DNA of 63,497 bases, filler included, from Kipferlia bialata (GCA_003568945.1; 6 parts of 6 records of this genome joined end to end with filler, not necessarily neighbours in it), one strand, 5' to 3'; positions 27,982-41,983 are shown, numbered from the whole stretch's first letter. The notes: a model not told the origin generated them from the sequence alone. Numbers and translations: made by a program.

Positions 27982-28306
27982 CTGTATTAAAACAAAGTTT
28001 TTTGGATGACCAACCCCGAAGGGAAGGCTCCAAAGAAGGAAGGAGTTCGATTCCTCTAAGAACGCCAATGGATGAAAGTGGATCACATAAACAATGTTTT
28101 TGAAACCCAACCCTTTCAGTGTTTCTGTTGTCAAGGCTAACGCGATGGCAAGTCACCCCAGGTGCAGTTGATGGTTTCTCTTTCCAAGGTTGTGAGAGGG
28201 TGCCAGACTTCGCAATGCCGTGCACCAAGACACAAGTACATATGCACTTTTCATCGACTGGGGCCTGCCAGTCACTTCCACACGCCCTGTGTATTGAGTG
28301 AGAGAG

Positions 28307-28884
28307 ATGCTGTGGCTGCTAGTGGTGATTCTTGCCATTGCGGCATCAGGCATCCCATCGACTGTGTGTCTGTGCGAGGAGGGGGCTGATACCGCACCAG
28401 AGCTGCTGGAGGATTCTGACCTTGGAGTGCTCAATGACTATAACGTGCAGGATGAGGTATGGGTATAGTGTACATATGATATTTTGCTGCTTGAGGTATG
28501 CACTCACCCCTAGCTGAGGCTGGAGAGACAGCTGGAGAGGGAGATGGGCAGGAGTGAGTACATCGAGATGGCCAAAGAGACTGAGAGGGAGGCACTGCTG
28601 GATGTCAAGGAGGTGGGGCCGGAGGAGGGCCTGCATGACATAGGTGGGGGTGGATATATACAATGTGTGTGTATATACATAAGTGTACATATGCTATCAG
28701 AGCCAGAGGAGGGCCTCCATGAGATAGGTTGCATTCTGGTGCACCTCTCTCTCCCTCCCTCTCTCTCTCTCTCTATATATATATACTTCATTTATACAAT
28801 GCCTCTTTGATACCCATACCTCGGTTGCGCATTCTCTCTCCCCCCTGCCCTCTTTCTCTTACTACGCCTCTCTTGAACCCGTTG

Positions 28885-28926
<42 letters not shown>

Positions 28927-31900
28927 GACTCTAGGCCTTACCGAGACCCATGCCACTGTTAATCTCTCTCTCTCCCTCCCTATCACTCCCTAACACTAGG
29001 CCTCTCTGAGACCCATGCCACTGTCTCTCTCCCTCCCTCTCTCTCTCTTATACTAGGCCTCTCCGAGACCCATGCCACTGTCTCTCTCTCTCTCTCTCTG
29101 TCTGACTCTAGGTCTCTCAGAGACCCATGCCACTGTCACTCTCATCGACAGTGCAGACGCCCTGGAGGAGCTGTTCTCAAGGTGTGAAGTTCATTCAATC
29201 TATATTTCCTCTCTCTCTCTCTTACTCCCCTCCATTCCACCCATCCCATTGATATATGGATGAATATACATGACAGATGGTCACTACCGTATATAACAAC
29301 TCCACCTTGTCCACTGCCTATGTCCTCTGCCCCCTCCTCTTTCTAACTCCCCCCCCCCCCTCTCTCTCTATATATATACATCTCATTGCAGCACCTCCAT
29401 GGCCACTGTGTCCACAACCCATATCCTGTGCCACCCCCTCTCTCTCCCCCCCCCCTCTCTCTCTCTATTATTATATACACATCTAACCTAGCACCTCCAT
29501 GGCCACTGTGTCCACTGCCTATGTCCTGTGCCACATGTTTCTCTCTTTCTCTCTCCCTCTCTCCCCCTACTTTATGTCTCCCTCACCTCTAGTACCTCTA
29601 TGGCCACTGTGTCCACTGCCTATGTCCTGTGCCACCCCATCGAGGCCACAGGGCACTCACTAGGACAGTTAGTACCTAAGGTATATAATCATATGAATAT
29701 ACGTCCCCCCCTCTCTCTCTCTTCCTCTCTTTCTCTCTCTAGTATAAATGTAAATATGTATACACACCAATGAAATTACCCCCAGGGTGCTGCTGCCTTC
29801 CACATCACCAAGCCCCACATCTCCCTCTCTCTCTCTCTCAATAGATATCTATCTATATATATGGATATATATATATGGATATACGTATACTTACCCCCAG
29901 GGTGCCGCTGCCTTCCACATCACCAAGCCCCTACTGGCCATGGAGATGGTGGCTAGGATCAGGTACCTACAGCGATATACACTCTTTATGAACAAGTATG
30001 GGGTATATACAAACTGGTATCGAGTATCGCGGTCTCTGTCCTGTATAGACTATGCCCCTACTGGCCATGGAGATGGTGGCACGGATCAGGTGATATATAC
30101 ATGTATATGAGTATATGAGTATCAATTCAATTACTGTACCAGCGTATCCCTCCTTTACTCACCCCCAGGTCCACCGAGTACCTGGATGAGCACAAGGCCA
30201 TCAACCCCATTGGGTCACTGGTGCTGCTGTCAAAGGTAGTCATACACTCATAATATGTGTATACGCATACAAATATATACATATAGAGAGAGAGATAGTA
30301 TATATATATACATATGTACCACAGAGTATTGGCACTGGTGCTGCTGTCTAAGGTAACGACCGGACTGTCTCTCCTTCATACACATCCCCCCTCCCCCCTC
30401 ACACTAGGAGAAGGAGAGAGACAGGAGGTACCGCCGGGAGAGGATGACCCCCGAGGAACTGGCAGATAGAGAGTCATCTGTGCTGTGGGAGATCACAGCC
30501 AGTGGGCCTTGCAGGTATACATGATTGCCCTCCTATTCACACATTCATATAGTGTATGCACGAAGCTTAGTTTTCTCACATATATCACAGCTAGCGGGCC
30601 TTGTAGGTGTATGTGCCTCCAGACTCCTCTCTCTCTCTCTATATATATATGTATATACACGTATCTGTCTCACTTTAGGTCGCTGCAGATGGTCCCACGC
30701 AGTGTGCTGTCGGTGTCTAGGTACGAGACTCCCCCTTCTCCCAACCTGTGCCATGTTCAGAGTGTCGCCCCACCCCTCTCTCCCCCGCTCCTGCTGACCC
30801 CTGCCCTCTATACCTCTGATGCCTTGCTGTGTTCAGCACATACCATAGACAGAGACCCAACCAGTGTCACTAGACTCATCACAGCTGCCATGGTGTCCAC
30901 AAAGGATAGAGATGCTAGGTATATATCTTTTGTATAGACAGAGTTAAGTTACTAAGTATATATATAGATTCAAGGCATGGTGCTGCCATGGTGTCCACTA
31001 AGGATACAGATGCTAGGTATTCAAGTATATATACAGACTAGGCATATCTATATAGAGAGTCGGACTCAAGGTATATATCTATAGATACATACAGGTAGCT
31101 GCCATGGTGTCCACTCTCTACGGAGACTGATTCAGAGTATATGTATTGTCTAAACTGCAGTCCCAGGCAAGTCCCTCGCCACATGGATATACTTGTTCTC
31201 TCGTCTTACCCCCTAGCACTAAACATATCCCCGTCCTAGCCCTCTAACGCTACAGTACCAAGCACGTCCCCCTCCTCGCCCTTGCCTACCCCTTCCACCT
31301 GGGTGATGTCCTGCACCTACCCTCTCTCCACCCCCCTCTGCTCAGGGGAGGGTATGGGTCCCCACCCCCTGCACCCCATTGTGAGCATGGGTGCACACCC
31401 ACAGATGACTTAGAGGTGAGCATGTGTATATGTATACATGCGTAGATGTATTAGTATTCATAATGGGCCATAGGAGATGACCCCCGTGCACTCCCACGAG
31501 CACATCACTCTCTCTCCCTCTCTCTCTCTATATATATACATATGTTCTTATATACATGTCCCTTTCACACCTTTAGGAAATGACCCCTGTGCACTACCAC
31601 GAGCACATCTCTCTCTCTCCCTCTCTCTCTCTATATATATATACATACGTTCTTATATACATGTCTCTCTCACATCATTAGGAGATGANNNNNNNNNNNN
31701 NNNNNNNNNNNNNNNNNNNCTCTCTCACATCATTAGGAGATGACCCCTGTGCACTACCACGAGCACATCTCTCTGTCCCTGGACACCGTGGCCAGACTGG
31801 TGGACGAGGCATGTCTCTCTCTCTCTCTCACTCTCTCTCTAATAGACTTATCGTATATACTAATAGTATAGGTTTACATTCTAATATAACACTAGGCCTC

Positions 31901-32145
31901 TCTATACTAGCAGGAGGTGACCACACTTAGAGTATATGGTATTCATCTCTCTATTAGTGTATTCTACCCCTCCGATATAACACCAGGCCTCTCTATACAA
32001 GCAGGAGGTGACTGCACTCAGGGGATACAACGTGGCACTGTCACTGGCAGAGACCACAACTCTGTTGATCACACTGGCATCGTTCCTTGTGGTACTGTCT
32101 CTGAGGAATGGCAAGAGAAGCAGGGTGCATAGCCATGAGGACTGA
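28307..32145 (+). CDS. Unknown type I membrane protein (signal peptide plus C-terminal TM), multi-exon
   Basis: Starts MLWLLVVILAIAASGIP. The last exon encodes TTLLITLASFLVVLSL followed by the basic tail RNGKRSRVHSHED*. The intervening GT-AG exons are on the same strand. Confidence 0.65.
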
Positions 32146-32920
32146 GGTGGTGCATACCGTATGAGAGATTGGTGAATGGCAAAAAGACAGGCTGGAGTAC
32201 TAATAGATTGACAGTTTCTTTCTACAATGCACTTCACTAGTGAAATAGGACAAGGAGTATAGCCATCAGGATTGAGGGGATGTATAGTGTAGTGAATGCT
32301 GATATACTGGCCTAGTGATATACTGGCTTAGTGATGGTATTGAGTGAGGTGCCTAAGCTTAGGGACAGAGAGAATCAAGCGCCAAGCTGACTACAGCAGC
32401 ACTGAGTAATTCTATTAATCGTATTAATCATATTCATGAAGAGTGTACGCAGAGATCCTAATCCACTGTCAGAGTTCCACTTACATCTACGAACAGCGAT
32501 CACACATATAGCAGACGCACAGCTGGAACTCGGGTCACATTCAGCCCTAAATCAGTAACATCATGTCACTGACATGGTGTAGCCAAAAGACCAAGGTCGA
32601 GTATGCTCAGGAAAGCATTTGTCCAGCTGAAACGCATCAGAATCCTGAGGTAGTCAAAGCCATATTGCTTTGTTCCTCTCCGGGGTCCAGACTGGGGATG
32701 ACCACAAAGCACACATGTGAACCATACCATAATATGATACATGAACCGAGTCACCGTTCCAATGCTATGTTCCACTTTGGTTCGCGGTGTTCGCGGACAG
32801 ACTCTGTCATCGATGTGTTATGACCAGTGACTAGCCTGCGACACTACTGAATGGCACAGGCATCGGGAACGATATGCCTCATTGTCCTAGACACCAAAGG
32901 ATTGCCCCAAGTTGGATGTA

Positions 32921-32998
32921 TCAGAAGTGGGCACTTGAACCATTGGCACTGAGGAGTGGAGTGTCAACATTGTCTGTCATCAGAATCAGGACGATATA

Positions 32999-33038
<40 letters not shown>

Positions 33039-35860
33039 GTAACACAGGGACCTAGATTGAAGCTGGTGACACAGATACTGGAGTAGAGTACACTATAATA
33101 ACCTTTTACACCAACATTATCATGGACAAAGCATATCTACACTAGTATGGAATGCCTACCTAACATCCCACATCCTGTATTGCGTCTGAACATTGGTATC
33201 AGACGTTGTTCGTCGTACACCTTGAAACGGTCATTATTGGCACTGGATGTGGAATCACTCGAAGAGGCTGGTATAGCCTGCGTCGTTCCCCTCCTGATAC
33301 ATGAGACTTGGAGAGTATTCCAACCAACACATAATGGATGAAGGAGGGGCAAATTGATGGGATACATGAGTCTTTCTTGCACTGCCGGCACTAACCTTGC
33401 GAGGTAGTTGTATATGGGGTATGTGGTTCCTCCAAAGAATACGACCATGAACACAACGACAAAGACCTGAGGTTAAGTGAAAAGTCCATACACACTGTAG
33501 ATGAAGAACCGTCTAGTGATATATGTAAATGATACATATACATACAGGAATGTAATTAATGAGTGGTATATAGCACCTAAAACGTGTACATACCGTTGTG
33601 CCTAGGATTAGTTGCCTATACTCCAGCTCAAAGGCCAGCGCCAGACCGAATGATATGGGGCCCCTGTGAGTTAGATAGTCTCTGCTCGTCACACAACAAA
33701 TACACTTGTCCCATTTTGTGTATTTAACTTGTCACACTATTGATACTTGTCTCACTTGAGGCCTCCCCAGAACATCACAAACATGTCACTAGCTGGTATC
33801 CTCTCCCGTCTCCAGAGGTTGGCGATGGAGGAGAGACCATAGACTACGGCTATCCTGGGGTGTCAGAATGATAAGTAAGGTCACACAGATATACATTCTC
33901 AATCATAGTTACATGCTTACCACAATACCTTGCCCCTATGATGAGCCCCATACTGATGGCTATGAACACTGGGCTGAACACCATGGCATAGGCAAAGGGG
34001 GACAGGCCTATGGTTGGTAAGTATATCTGTATACAAGTTGTGATCATTAAGTGTATCAGTATACAACTAGTGTAATGCAAATGTGATGTAATAAGTATAA
34101 TACAGCCACACAAACACTCACCGAGGAACATGAATATGACAGCCTCGCATACAAAGGAGAGTGCGTGTATAATCTCCTTCAGTGCCTGTCTGCTATGCAC
34201 AGTCAGAGAGGGGCTCACGTAGTGGCTGGAGTGAGACTGGCCATCTCTCAGACATCCACACAAACACTGTGACGCCACTCGCTATACATGGTACATAATA
34301 ATCACCGTGAGTAGAGACACCCATATATACACAGAAACATACCTCAATACGAATGCCGTCGTGAGTATGGCCATGATGCCACTGCAGCTGAGGCCCTCTG
34401 CCAGATAGTATGTCAGATAGGCAAAGGGGAGGGTCATCACTATCTCCAGGTTGGGCTGGGTGTGCAGGGGGGTGGACACGAAGAGACGGGCGGCCACTAG
34501 ACCCACCACTGCAAGTTAGTATATATATGTAGAAGAGTGACAGATACTAAAATATTAGGTGATGGACACAAAGAGACGGGCAGCAATTAGCCCGACTACT
34601 ATTCATTAGAGATGAAGGGACAGGTGAGGGTAATGTAGTTCTGTCCGATGTTATATGGGTGAGATAGTACAGTTGAAGACACATGAACGCACCAACCCCA
34701 ATGACCACTGATCCTATAAAGACGGACACGACATCCACCAACTATAATAATACCAGACACAATGGAAGAAGTACGCACCAACCCCAATGACCACTGATCC
34801 TATAAGTGCCACTATAGACCCACACAATATGAGCACTTGGTATGATTAAATGTCTAACTGTAATACACATCAACGCACCAACCCCAATGACCACTGATCC
34901 TATAAAGATGGATGCCACTTGTACCAACAGCCACAGTGCAGTGGTGACACCAAACTCATCTGGATCAAAGTCTGAGAAGGTGTGACAGAGCACAACAGCC
35001 ACAGCGTCATTGAGGGTACCTATAATCAGTGTAAAGGTGACAATGTGTGACAGGGTAGTGAGTAACGTACTCTCTCCAAATACCAGCATGTAGAGTGTGG
35101 GATCCACGCTCATGTTGCTGAACAGAGCAAGGGTCACAACTGAGGGTAAGTACCACTATATCCTCCGCAATTCTTATATATGACTTGACGTGTTGTATGA
35201 ACCTGAAAATCTCAGAGTAACTATGTATGTTGGTATGTTGGTATAGCACCTGGGTCTGAGGCACTTACCAGTGCACCAAACGACAGAGACTCCCTAGGGT
35301 CAGGCACCATAGGGAAGACACAGTACCTCTAGAGAGTGCGGGGTAGTAGGGTTAGAATGCAGAGGGTAACACTATAGTGAGAGCAAATGTGAAACTAGTA
35401 GGAATTCATGCGTATGTGCTGCTTCATAGTTTAGAATATACACTACAGTGATGCACCACCCACCTCATTGGCAGGTCCACCCCCACAGATGGAATCTGGC
35501 AGGAGTAGTACAGTCCTAGGCCTGGGGGAAGAATAACAATAACGATACCGTATCCCTGAGCTCCACCGAAGTGGATCAACATATCCAACCATACTATCTA
35601 TACCACACCTGTAATGACAAATGCCAGCAGTGTACCGCCAAAGGCCAGGAACAGAATGGTGCCTAGAAGTGAGAGAGAATGATACATGTAGAGAACACTG
35701 AGAGACAAGAGAGTTTGTGTATGAACTGAATTCATGGCTACAATCGGGAAGCACTCACCTATATTCCTAAAGAACACTCTCTTATCCAGGTCATACCCCC
35801 CATGCAGTATGATGGGGGGTATCAGGATGAGGAGGAGGGCATCGTTGGGTATCTTGTCAA
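32921..35860 (-). CDS. Na+/H+ exchanger, CPA1 family (NHX1/NHE6-9-like), 5' partial
   Basis: Motifs LIPPIILHGGYDLDKRVFFRNIG, LYMLVFGES|TLNDAVAVVL, YYLAEGLSCSGIMAIL, LSFVCEAVIFMFLG and MFWGGL..GPISFGLAL. The 3' end is uncertain (33137 or 32921). Confidence 0.92.
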
Positions 35861-37156
35861 CTGAAATGAGAGAGAGAAAGAGAGTACAGAGAGTGGGGTA
35901 TAAGGATGAGGATGGCGTCATTAGGTATCTTGTCAACTGGAGTGAGAGACCTAACAAGGGGAAGAGATTCGGGAGGGAGAGACAGAGCAGCGGTCGTTGG
36001 GTGTCATGTAAACTGAATTGAGAGATATAGAGTGTACGGGATAGGGAAGGAAGTGTCTCCGTCAGCGGAACTGAGAGGTATTGTACGTAAATACACAATA
36101 TATAGGGATAGGGGGGGTATAAGGGGCGGAGACATAATGGCTATAGTCCATTGAACGATAGGAGGCAGAGCATGAGGAGGGGAGGTAAGAGAGGGGAGGA
36201 AGAGTTTGAAGTAGTAGGTGGGATAGCACATCGAATCGGGGGGGGGGGGGGGGGGGGGGGGAAATTTTTAACAAAANNNNNNNNNNNNNNNNNNNNNNNN
36301 NNNNNNNNNNNNNNNNNNNNNNNNNNNNNNNNNNNNNNNNNNNNNNNNNNNNNNNNNNNNNNNNNNNNNNNNNNNNNNNNNNNNNNNNNNNNNNNNNNNN
36401 NNNNNNNNNNNNNNNNNNNNNNNNNNNNNNNNNNNNNNNNNNNNNNNNNNNNNNNNNNNNNNNNNNNNNNNNNNNNNNNNNNNNNNNNNNNNNNNNNNNN
36501 NNNNNNNNNNNNNNNNNNNNNNNNNNNNNNNNNNNNNNNNNNNNNNNNNNNNNNNNNNNNNNNNNNNNNNNNNNNNNNNNNNNNNNNNNNNNNNNNNNNN
36601 NNNNNNNNNNNNNNNNNNNNNNNNNNNNNNNNNNNNNNNNNNNNNNNNNNNNNNNNNNNNNNNNNNNNNNNNNNNNNNNNNNNNNNNNNNNNNNNNNNNN
36701 NNNNNNNNNNNNNNNNNNNNNNNNNNNNNNNNNNNNNNNNNNNNNNNNNNNNNNNNNNNNNNNNNNNNNNNNNNNNNNNNNNNNNNNNNNNNNNNNNNNN
36801 NNNNNNNNNNNNNNNNNNNNNNNNNNNNNNNNNNNNNNNNNNNNNNNNNNNNNNNNNNNNNNNNNNNNNNNNNNNNNNNNNNNNNNNNNNNNNNNNNNNN
36901 NNNNNNNNNNNNNNNNNNNNNNNNNNNNNNNNNNNNNNNNNNNNNNNNNNNNNNNNNNNNNNNNNNNNNNNNNNNNNNNNNNNNNNNNNNNNNNNNNNNN
37001 NNNNNNNNNNNNNNNNNNNNNNNNNNNNNNNNNNNNNNNNNNNNNNNNNNNNNNNNNNNNNNNNNNNNNNNGGCTCTTGTAAAAAAAAAACCCCCCCCCC
37101 CCCCCCCCCTTTCTCTCCATCTATGTATGAGGTTCTTCATTGCCCCTCACCCCCAG

Positions 37157-37525
37157 GGTCTCTGTGACGCCTTCATCAACCAGCACTTTGAGGACCTCCT
37201 CAAGGCCCTGGTCAACGGCTACCCCGCCGACGTGCTCTGCGAGCTCATTGGCGTCTGCCCCTCCGCCGTCGAGGCCATCGTGTCCGACGACCCCCTCTGG
37301 TGCTCTGTCTGTGAGCTCGTCATGTCCCTCATCGACGACACCCTCGAGAAGGACTCCACCCAGCAGGAGATTGAGCACCTGCTGGACTCCGTGTGCTCCC
37401 TCCTGCCCTCCTTCCTCGAGGGCGAGTGCGACGCCATGGTGGCTACCTACGAGCCCCTCCTCATCGAGGCCCTCGTCAACGACTACCCCCCCGACACTGT
37501 GTGCGCCATGATCGGTGCCTGTTAA
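37157..37525 (+). CDS. Tandem saposin-B domain protein (prosaposin/amoebapore-like), terminal exon
   Basis: Half of one saposin domain plus a complete domain with the six-Cys pattern CSVC...VC...EC...TVCAMIGAC. It is preceded by a CTCACCCCCAG acceptor. The 5' part lies in the N gap. Confidence 0.92.
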   Translation, partial: GLCDAFINQHFEDLLKALVNGYPADVLCELIGVCPSAVEAIVSDDPLWCSVCELVMSLIDDTLEKDSTQQEIEHLLDSVCSLLPSFLEGECDAMVATYEPLLIEALVNDYPPDTVCAMIGAC

Positions 37526-37746
37526 GGGTCTAGAGGGTGTACTAGTGGATAGAGACTGATCTGTCTGGATGTGTGTGTGTTGACTCTTTATGAGTGGGCA
37601 CACTATTGTTGTGTATGTGATATATGTGCTGGATATGTGTTGATTCAGCAGCCCGCAGTCTTTGTTGAGACTGTGGTAGAATCGAAATTGAATGAATTGT
37701 TGTTCGACAGTGTTGGTTGTTGTGCTGGTTCGGTCCTTCTATTTAC

Positions 37747-39724
37747 TTACTGTCTCTTTGTCTCTCTCTTTCTAAGAGTCTTAGCCTTGTCCCCCCTCCC
37801 CCTCCACACCATGGACCACAGCAGAGAGACGTAGCGCTGGTACTCCCCCAGACCCAGCTTGGACTCACCCAGCACCCGGTTGACAAAGGTGATGGGGACC
37901 TGGGGGTTGGACTATCCATATGTATACATATATGTATACATATATGTAACTAATAACACAAAACGCATGTACATACAGACTAGTATGTGGCCCTCACCTC
38001 ATCGGTCTTGTACCCCAGACGCCCAGCGAGGATGGCAGACTCAACCTGATGTTGGGACAGAGACACACAGACAAGAAGACTCACTCAATCAATAAGAATA
38101 TCCTATGTATATATCCTCTACCTGGAAGCAGAACCCGTCTGACTGTGTCACCTTGCACAGCTTGGAGAGGACCTGGAAGTCAGATGATAACAGAGTACTA
38201 CTAACATAGGATAGTGAATCATTGTTACGTCTTGGTACTGATAGTGATACCTCTCTCTTGTACTCCCTGAATCACTTATATCGGGGTGATATATAACATT
38301 GAATTGAGATATACTATTTCAGATACCGATACCTCTCTCTTGTACACTCTGAATGACCCGGTGGGGTCTGTGAAGGGAGGACTGAAGGGGAGGATGAGCA
38401 TGTGGGCACCCCTGAGGGTCAAGTTACGCATTCACATTACGAAAATGAAGCAAAGAGATACCAGGAGTCCTTGAAACACTATGTTGTCATACCTGGATGT
38501 GATCTTCCTCCTCATGTCCCACCCCGTGATGCCCCCCTCCACTCCAGAGGGGTCGCCATACCGGTTGCCAGCCACAATGTCACACTGAGTGTCAGACACA
38601 CATGGTATAGATGGATACGTATAACCATACACTATAGGAAGAGTATGGGAATGCAAATGGGAAGTGTGTACCCCACCTGTCTCCCTCTGTCTCCTAAATG
38701 GATATGGATTTCATACAGTATCAAAATATGTATGAGGGAGTGTGGAATGTAGATGGGAAGTGGTAGTTAGTATACCCCCACCTGTGTCTCCCTCTGTCGC
38801 CTCAGCAGCTTGGGGGCATCTCTCGGCTGGGGGTTAAGGATACACTCATTGATATCATATGTATACATATACATACATATATCCTCAGCAGCTTGGGGGC
38901 ATCTCTGGGCGGGGAGTGAGAGATATGCAGTGCATTATTGGTGGTATGAGAGACCCAACGCGAGTTAGTTCACTTACGTGGTGACTAAGGTCCACGTCCA
39001 TGATCATGACCAAGGCACCCATGCAGAACTTGAGGCCGTGTCTGTAGGCTGAGCCCAGTCCCCTCTTTCTGTCCCTGCCAATCACACGCTGGGGTTAGAA
39101 CATATACTATCAAATACTCCAAGGCTATAGTATATATATGGATGGGAGTGCTCTTCCTGTCCCTGCCAATCACACGCCGGAGGTAGTATCAGTATGCATA
39201 TGAATGCTTACAATATTATAAGGTTATCCTACTGACTAAGAGATGTGTGTATATATCGCGTACCAGACTTGGGAACAGCTCTGAGAGTGTCCTGGCCACA
39301 TCCCCTGTGCCGTCTGGGGAGTTGTCATCCACCACAATGACCTCAAACTCAAGGTCAGCTGGAGTGAGAGATAGTGGATACAACTACTTCACCTCTAATA
39401 TGATTGACTATTATACTACGGCACCACTACTATTTTACATTGACACACTCACCCATCTTGTTCAACTCATTGTAGAGCAGGTAGAGCACAACGGGAAGGT
39501 TCTCACGCTGAAGTGAGAGAGCCATGGGGAGTGAAGAGTGAACATATATATGGAAGACTACATGGGGGGGGGGGGGCAGTCCTACTCAATTCATTACCAA
39601 TAGAGTAAGAGAGAGGTCCTATTGATTGTAAGAGAATGTACAATATGTATTTACCAGTGTATGATACCTCATTATATGTGGGCAGTAGGACACTCAGGTC
39701 ACACCGCACATCAACCTCCTGCAT
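37747..39724 (-). CDS. DPM1: Dolichol-phosphate mannosyltransferase subunit 1 (GT2)
   Basis: LSVLLPTYNE|RENLP, EVIVVDDNSPDGT, RKRGLGSAYRHGL, IMDVDLSHH, DPTGSFR, GFCFQ|VE, E|VPITFVNRVLGESKLG. Confidence 0.95.
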
Positions 39725-40020
39725 CTACTCCTCTATCTCTCTCTCTCTCTCTAAGGTCTTCTACCAGAGCAGCAGTGCAGTACTGGACGGAACACCAGTT
39801 CTTCTCACAAAAGGGACTGTTGACTGACTACTGGAGACCTCAGGTGTACCCCTAATCCAGCATGCAGCACAACAACAACAGCTGTAGAGGCACTAGGCTA
39901 AGAGCTCTGACCCTGAGGTTTTTGCCAACGAGTACTACACCCTTATGTCATCTCCACTGACCTAATGCTGAGGTGACGACCTCTAGTCTCTCTCACACCC
40001 TCCCCCCCTGGTACCACCCC

Positions 40021-41675
40021 ATGGACATGGACCCATCCACCCCCAGTGCAGGACTGAACCCTGAGACAGAGTCCCCGGCCGAGTCCTCAGTCCAGTCCCC
40101 GGAGACACCAGGTGCCATAAAGTTATAGTATAGTATATATAGTGGGACAAGGTCTTATAGCAGTGCCTTTGGACTATATGGAACTTATAAATGTATTACC
40201 CATCTTAAGCAGTCTAGTTACTCTATACTAGTCCTCTGTCCAGTTCCCTGAGACACCAGGTACTATAGTATAGTATTGTGTCTTCTACAGTGTCTCTCTT
40301 TGATTATACTCCACTCCACCACATATTTATCTATATATGGATTCCAGTAACTCTAGTTCGTATTATATTGGTGTTGTGTTCACTGGTTTGCTGATATGAC
40401 AAGTAACTGACATATACCTTCACCTGGTCACCACTCTTAGCGCATACTATCCCTCTCCTCCTCTCTGTCTCCCACTGTATCACTTCTCTCCTCACCCCAG
40501 TTGACATGGTCACTACTCTATCTCTCTCTCTCTCTTACTCTCTCCCTCTTCTCCTCACTCCAGTTGACATGGGCAAGGCCTATGCTGCTGCTATTGACCT
40601 ACTGAGAAGGGTGCCCACCGCTAAGGTACTAGGTTGCATCAATGTCTACCTCTCTCCCGATGTGTTCCATACTTCTCCCACAGTGCCGCCCTAGTCTCTC
40701 TCTCTTTATCTCGTCGTCACCCTATACTGCTCTCTCTCTCTCTCTCAGTCTTATGCCCAGGTGTCCCATGCCCTGGCCCTCATCAACAGACTGGCCCCAG
40801 AGCTCACAGAGGTATGGATATGTATTGTGATATATGAAGATGGAGTTCTATCTGTTCAATAATCGTTCTTACCCCCAGGACCTGATGGCTGAGATATATA
40901 TATGTCGATATATGTATATGTATGTATATGTATATATATATTCAGGAGCTGCCTTACCCCCAGGACCTGATGGCCGAGGTGGACCAGCCTCTGAAGGTGT
41001 TGACAGACACCCAGGTGGACAAGCCATTCATCGGGTGTGACATGAACAGGTACTGCACTCAATGTGTATACATTTATTGTTAGAATTTTTTATGAGATGT
41101 CTTCATCGAGTGAGACACTCAATACTCTTGTGTTTATGATATTCTTTCCTGCCTGACCCCCAGGGACGGAGACAGCTACCGCTCCCCATACACCTCCCAG
41201 TTCTACCCTCCTCTGCCAGAAGGTACATACCCTATACTTCTCTCTCTCTCTCTCTACAGTGTGGACAGATGGTCCCGAGTTCGACCCCGTCTCGCCCTCT
41301 TTTCCTCAGTATTTGTGTTTTTGTTCTTTGCTTATTTTGTTTGCATCTCTCTACCCCTCAGATTACGAGGCCGAGCCCGTCCTGCCCTTCTGCAGGGCCA
41401 TCGAGGAGGAGGGGAACCACAAGGTATAGATATATATATATGGTATATATATATAATGATATGGGATGTATATATATATATATGGATAGTAATGTGTATG
41501 GTCTTCTGCAGGGCCATCGAGGAGGAGGGGAACCGCAAGGTATACATATATACATATATACATATATATATATACATATATGGTATGTATATATATTAAT
41601 ATGGGATGTATATATATATATGGATACCCGTCCTGCCCCACTGCAGGGCCATCGAGGAGGAGGGGAACCACAAGG
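40021..41675 (+). CDS. CAPZB: F-actin capping protein beta subunit (3' partial)
   Basis: Spliced AAIDLLRRVP..|..LAPELTE|DLMAEVDQPLKV..KPFIGCDMNR|DGDSYRSPY..FYPPL matches the CAPZB signature DLMRRLPP...VDQPLK...CDYNRDGDSYRSPW. There is a short S/P/E-rich N-terminal extension. Confidence 0.93.
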
Positions 41676-41822
41676 TATGGAGGACTATGTATTTGTTAAA
41701 TATTGAACGCGTCTTACTCTACTCACTATCCCCTTTCCAGGATTTTTGGATTATGCATGAGGGGGGGGGGGGGGGAGATGGTATATAAATATACCAATAT
41801 CCATTCCAATCTCTCCTTCCCC

Positions 41823-41922
41823 NNNNNNNNNNNNNNNNNNNNNNNNNNNNNNNNNNNNNNNNNNNNTTAATTAATTAANNNNNNNNNNNNNNNNNNNNNN
41901 NNNNNNNNNNNNNNNNNNNNNN
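41823..41922. other. Artificial scaffold linker
   Basis: N-TTAATTAATTAA-N. Confidence 0.97.
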
Positions 41923-41935
41923 TGTGTGTGTGTGT

Positions 41936-41983
<48 letters not shown>

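Noticed and set aside
28041..28055. GGAGTTCGATTCC resembling a tRNA T-loop/B-box
   Set aside because: No canonical T-stem, acceptor stem or cloverleaf could be built around it.
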